Of a stretch of DNA of 20,000 nt, positions 16,933-20,000 are shown one piece after another (position 1 is the stretch's first letter; the number at the start of each line of letters is the position of its first letter). Source of the stretch: an uncultured virus (IMG/VR IMGVR_UViG_3300003690_000005) (Duplodnaviria; Heunggongvirae; Uroviricota; Caudoviricetes). Made by a program: the position numbers and the translations under genes. Location of the stretch: IMG/VR virus record IMGVR_UViG_3300003690_000005; one strand, 5' to 3'. The notes under the pieces were generated by a model. It ran no database searches. It was given only the letters and a program-made list of their open reading frames with translations, and was not told where the DNA came from.

Positions 16933-17307
16933 ATGAAATCTCCTGCTTACTCTTTTCCTAGTGTTTGGGATAAAGAAACCGAAAAATTACAGCCTGCTGA
17001 AGTGAAAACATGTAGTGATCGCGTTGTAAAGCCAGAACCAACGTATAACACTTTAACTGATAAAATTATTGCAGCAAATAAGTTTGCTGAAGAAAATCGA
17101 CTTTTACGGGAAATTCAATTTGGTCTTAGTATAGATGGTAAGCTTACTATTACTATTCTGAATAAAGATGCGGTGGCAGGTAAAGATAAGGTAAGTGCTC
17201 AAGAGTTGATTGACGAATTGAATAAAGCAATTGCCGGTGTGACTCGTAAACGCATCCAAGGGAACGAGTCTGCAATGAGAAGGATTCTTGGTCGTTCTTC
17301 TCGCTGA
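16933..17307 (+). CDS. Hypothetical protein
   Basis: AAGGA RBS; TATAAT upstream near 16889. Confidence 0.75.
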   Translation: MKSPAYSFPSVWDKETEKLQPAEVKTCSDRVVKPEPTYNTLTDKIIAANKFAEENRLLREIQFGLSIDGKLTITILNKDAVAGKDKVSAQELIDELNKAIAGVTRKRIQGNESAMRRILGRSSR

Positions 17308-17327
17308 AGAAAATTCATTCTGTTATT

Positions 17328-17606
17328 ATGAGTCAGAAGACAGGTGATATATTACACGAATTGTGGATGAAAGATCAGGAACTCTATCATTTATTGTATA
17401 AAGAAGCTCTCAATAAATATCCGTTGCGTTTTAATAAAAAAGGATCACCGATAACAAAGAGTTTATTGGAAGTTAATGAAGAAACTGCACGACTTTATAG
17501 ATTATATAAAAAAGGCAAATTAGCAATTAATGAAGAAATTTATTCGTGGCAGCGATTTGAAGTGCAAAAGAGCATAAAATATAATGGGAATCGTAAGAAA
17601 AGTTGA
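17328..17606 (+). CDS. Hypothetical protein
   Basis: Tiles with neighbours. Confidence 0.65.
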   Translation: MSQKTGDILHELWMKDQELYHLLYKEALNKYPLRFNKKGSPITKSLLEVNEETARLYRLYKKGKLAINEEIYSWQRFEVQKSIKYNGNRKKS

Positions 17607-17796
17607 TTTTGAACGTATTGACAGGATAGATCTTGAAATGGATGCTGCTGTTCAAGGAAATAGTTCGGCAGCAGCACAGGCATTAGAAGATGCGAAAGGA
17701 TGCTCCGACGTGGAATTTTATGTTCCAACAAATGATGTACCTACTCCCACTGTGTTAGTCGCAAAGTTTCCAGGAAGCAACAATACCGAGCATTAA
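17584..17796 (+). CDS. Hypothetical protein
   Basis: Abuts the next ATG. Confidence 0.6.
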   Translation: MGIVRKVDFERIDRIDLEMDAAVQGNSSAAAQALEDAKGCSDVEFYVPTNDVPTPTVLVAKFPGSNNTEH

Positions 17797-18264
17797 ATGG
17801 AACCATTAACCGAAGAACAAATTGCATTTGTAACTAGAGCTTTTAGCGAATGGTTTGCAGTGTTGTTTGATGAGCAAAAGGTTTATCCTACTAACGCTGA
17901 CGTAGATCATTCTGCTTTACTGCATAGGTTATTAGAAGGTAAAAAGCCTTTTCCTAATCCTCCTCCTAAAAGATTTAGTTATCCATGTTATGCTTTAGCG
18001 GAAGGTGAAAAAGTAGAAATTGGTAGTTTCACGGAACATGATAATGGAACTATTCATATAGATCAGTCTGATGAATGGAGATGGTACAATAAGACGACAG
18101 AGCAGTTAACACATGTTCCCACGTTAGATAGGTATATGCTGACAAAAGAACCAACAGAGAGGGAAGAAAACGCTCCAGATGGAAGTATGATGAAGGTAGT
18201 ATATATCGCTTGGTTTTTACAAAAAGTGCCTGTAGCTAAAAAGGTTGCAAATGTGTCAGCGTAA
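17797..18264 (+). CDS. Hypothetical protein
   Basis: 155-aa ORF. Confidence 0.75.
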   Translation: MEPLTEEQIAFVTRAFSEWFAVLFDEQKVYPTNADVDHSALLHRLLEGKKPFPNPPPKRFSYPCYALAEGEKVEIGSFTEHDNGTIHIDQSDEWRWYNKTTEQLTHVPTLDRYMLTKEPTEREENAPDGSMMKVVYIAWFLQKVPVAKKVANVSA

Positions 18265-18682
18265 TGTAACGGTAGAAGAATTCCAGTGTTTTGCCTGTCG
18301 CCTTACTGGCGACAAGGAAGAGGACTTTGTTTCTGTTTCTTCTTCTGAGTGGCCATCTTTTGTTGAGTTGCCTAGCTCTGCCTGGCATAACATTGAGGAT
18401 CTTTTGCCAGAAAATCATATTGATCCTGTCTATTGGTGTAAAAAATGCTATAAGTCGTGTAAAGATAAAGTTGAAAAGAGGGTATTTTATTTAAAATACT
18501 TTTTTCGGGACGATAATCCAAATAGCAATGTGTCGCCAGAGGCAGAAAAATGCACTGTTCTATGCAAATGTGGTAGCAATGATTTTTTTGTAAACTGGAT
18601 TCCAGCTTCTGGAGGCGGGTATTTGAAATTGACTTGTATTCAATGTAGTACGTCGGAGGTTTTATACGATGATTATTCTTAA
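18251..18682 (+). CDS. Cys-rich putative Zn-binding protein
   Basis: CFAC, CKKC, CKCG, CIQC motifs; ATG 18251 follows AAGG. Confidence 0.65.
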   Translation: MCQRNVTVEEFQCFACRLTGDKEEDFVSVSSSEWPSFVELPSSAWHNIEDLLPENHIDPVYWCKKCYKSCKDKVEKRVFYLKYFFRDDNPNSNVSPEAEKCTVLCKCGSNDFFVNWIPASGGGYLKLTCIQCSTSEVLYDDYS

Positions 18683-18744
18683 CATGAAAAACATATTCTG
18701 TTGTCTCATAACAAGAGCCGTAGACCGGCACAGGAGACAACAAT

Positions 18745-18966
18745 ATGTCAAAAAGAGCAGAACGTCGTTTCCATAAACAACGCATGAGATATCATGCAAA
18801 AAAAGTATTCCGCGACATAGACGATTGTTGGATAATCCGTATGGCTGATAATCTTTGCATGTGTTCACGACATTGTTGTGGAAATCCAAGAAAATGGTTT
18901 AAAGAAAAATCGCGGCAAGAGCAAAAAGCAGATAATGATTTTATAGAGCAAACAAGAGAATTGTGA
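18745..18966 (+). CDS. Small basic protein with CSxxCCGNPRK motif
   Basis: AGGAG RBS; motif recalled from phage hypothetical proteins. Confidence 0.75.
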   Translation: MSKRAERRFHKQRMRYHAKKVFRDIDDCWIIRMADNLCMCSRHCCGNPRKWFKEKSRQEQKADNDFIEQTREL

Positions 18967-18982
18967 TAGAAAATTTAGGATA

Positions 18983-19204
18983 ATGACAGAAGACTATTAC
19001 AAAAAGTGCAGTATGAGAAAAGATGGATGTGATGAGATGGTTGCTTTTATTCCTGTGCAGTATGCCGAAAAAGGCAAATGGCTTAAATTGAGACAGGACA
19101 ACGGATGGCTTGTCTTCTCTGCAAGCAATAGAAAATACGCTAAATCAGAAGTAGATAGTTTTCGAGATGCATACAGTACAATTCGTGCGGTGAGCGGCGT
19201 TTGA
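18983..19204 (+). CDS. Hypothetical protein
   Basis: TAGGA RBS. Confidence 0.65.
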   Translation: MTEDYYKKCSMRKDGCDEMVAFIPVQYAEKGKWLKLRQDNGWLVFSASNRKYAKSEVDSFRDAYSTIRAVSGV

Positions 19205-19261
19205 GTCAAAACGACGACAATGTAGCAACGGCAGTTGTAGTAGCTTTTAATCAGGCGCAAT

Positions 19262-19537
19262 GTGACACCCTCTGAAATACAAAGTTGTGAATACGTAGTT
19301 AAGTCAATACAAAGTGGCATGTGTCCTAAGTGCCAGTATGTAGGTTTTAAACATGAGTTTACAGATGGCGTAGCTTATACATGTCCTAAATGTAAGTTGT
19401 GTGTTACTTGGGTTGAGCAAAGGGCAGTCAAAATACTTATAGCCAATGAGGTTAGATTGCCAGAAGGATATTTTAAAGAATTTGAACGTTGTAGAGATAA
19501 ATTAAGAGAAATTTCTTTGACAGGCAAAATACAATGA
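19262..19537 (+). CDS. Zinc-ribbon protein
   Basis: CPKC...CPKC; start codon uncertain. Confidence 0.6.
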   Translation: MTPSEIQSCEYVVKSIQSGMCPKCQYVGFKHEFTDGVAYTCPKCKLCVTWVEQRAVKILIANEVRLPEGYFKEFERCRDKLREISLTGKIQ

Positions 19538-19560
19538 GTTCAGATATTTGGATGTAATTC

Positions 19561-20000
19561 ATGGGCGGTAATATTTGGTATTATGATCCCTATGATATAA
19601 GAAAGTTTGGTATAGATGATGTACATACATTTCTTGATATAGGTTGCAACATTGGTTCTGTTGTTATGATGGCAAAAATTCTTTTTCCAAAAACTAGAAT
19701 TATTGCTGTTGAGCCTTGCAAAGAAAATTTTGATTTTTTAGGAGAACAAAGAACTTTTTGGGGACGTAATATTTTTGAACCTTATAATCTAGCATTGGGT
19801 GACGGAACTCCAATGTGGATACAAAAATATAATAGAGTCGGTGGAAGCAAATTAAGATATAGTGGGGAAATACAATTTTACACAGAAGAAGAACGTAAGT
19901 TGCACGAAATCCCAGAAGAATATTCAGTCGAAAGTAAAACATTAACACAAATGTTTGATGATTTTAAAATAGATACTTCTAAGCCTTATATTATTAAGAT
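19561..20000 (+). CDS. FkbM-family SAM-dependent methyltransferase, 3' end outside window
   Basis: Not in the ORF track. Reads MGGNIWYYDPY...FLDIGCNIGS...IIAVEPCKENF...NLALGDG...PYIIK, open to the end of the window. Confidence 0.85.
   Translation, partial: MGGNIWYYDPYDIRKFGIDDVHTFLDIGCNIGSVVMMAKILFPKTRIIAVEPCKENFDFLGEQRTFWGRNIFEPYNLALGDGTPMWIQKYNRVGGSKLRYSGEIQFYTEEERKLHEIPEEYSVESKTLTQMFDDFKIDTSKPYIIK

Noticed and set aside
19201..19261. AACGACGACAATGTAGCA... resembles a tmRNA tag reading frame
   Set aside because: No tRNA-like ends or pseudoknots, and the frame does not end in an Ala-Ala stop.
316..19948. Minus-strand ORFs and alternative-frame ORFs at 15249 and 18291 in the track
   Set aside because: All shadow better-supported + strand genes or tRNAs and show no motifs.
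1..20000. Stop-codon reassignment, as seen in some large phages
   Set aside because: Recognisable genes are full length and tile tightly under the standard code.

Overview
AT-rich, densely coded window with essentially all credible genes on the + strand, many short unknown ORFs and interspersed tRNA genes and tRNA remnants. This layout suggests (inference; no structural genes are visible) an accessory region of a large/jumbo phage or similar element of a diderm host. Recognisable genes: a receiver-HisKA hybrid kinase (5'-truncated by the window), NAD-dependent DNA ligase, DUF4326 protein, an outer-membrane beta-barrel protein, peptide deformylase, a MoxR-like AAA+ ATPase paired with an HExxH/vWA protein, a DUF2059-like protein, a nicotinamidase/isochorismatase-vWA-(truncated PP2C-like) cassette and a FkbM methyltransferase (3'-truncated by the window). 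The most striking non-coding feature is a ~370-bp, ORF-less, highly structured element at 1021-1390 with IS200/IS605-type ends on the minus strand; it is a candidate stand-alone TnpB-type omegaRNA element, and its removal would restore an identical kinase C-terminus. There are also a tRNA-Glu, a degenerate tRNA-Asp and three tRNA fragments, one of them a mini-tRNA lacking the anticodon arm.
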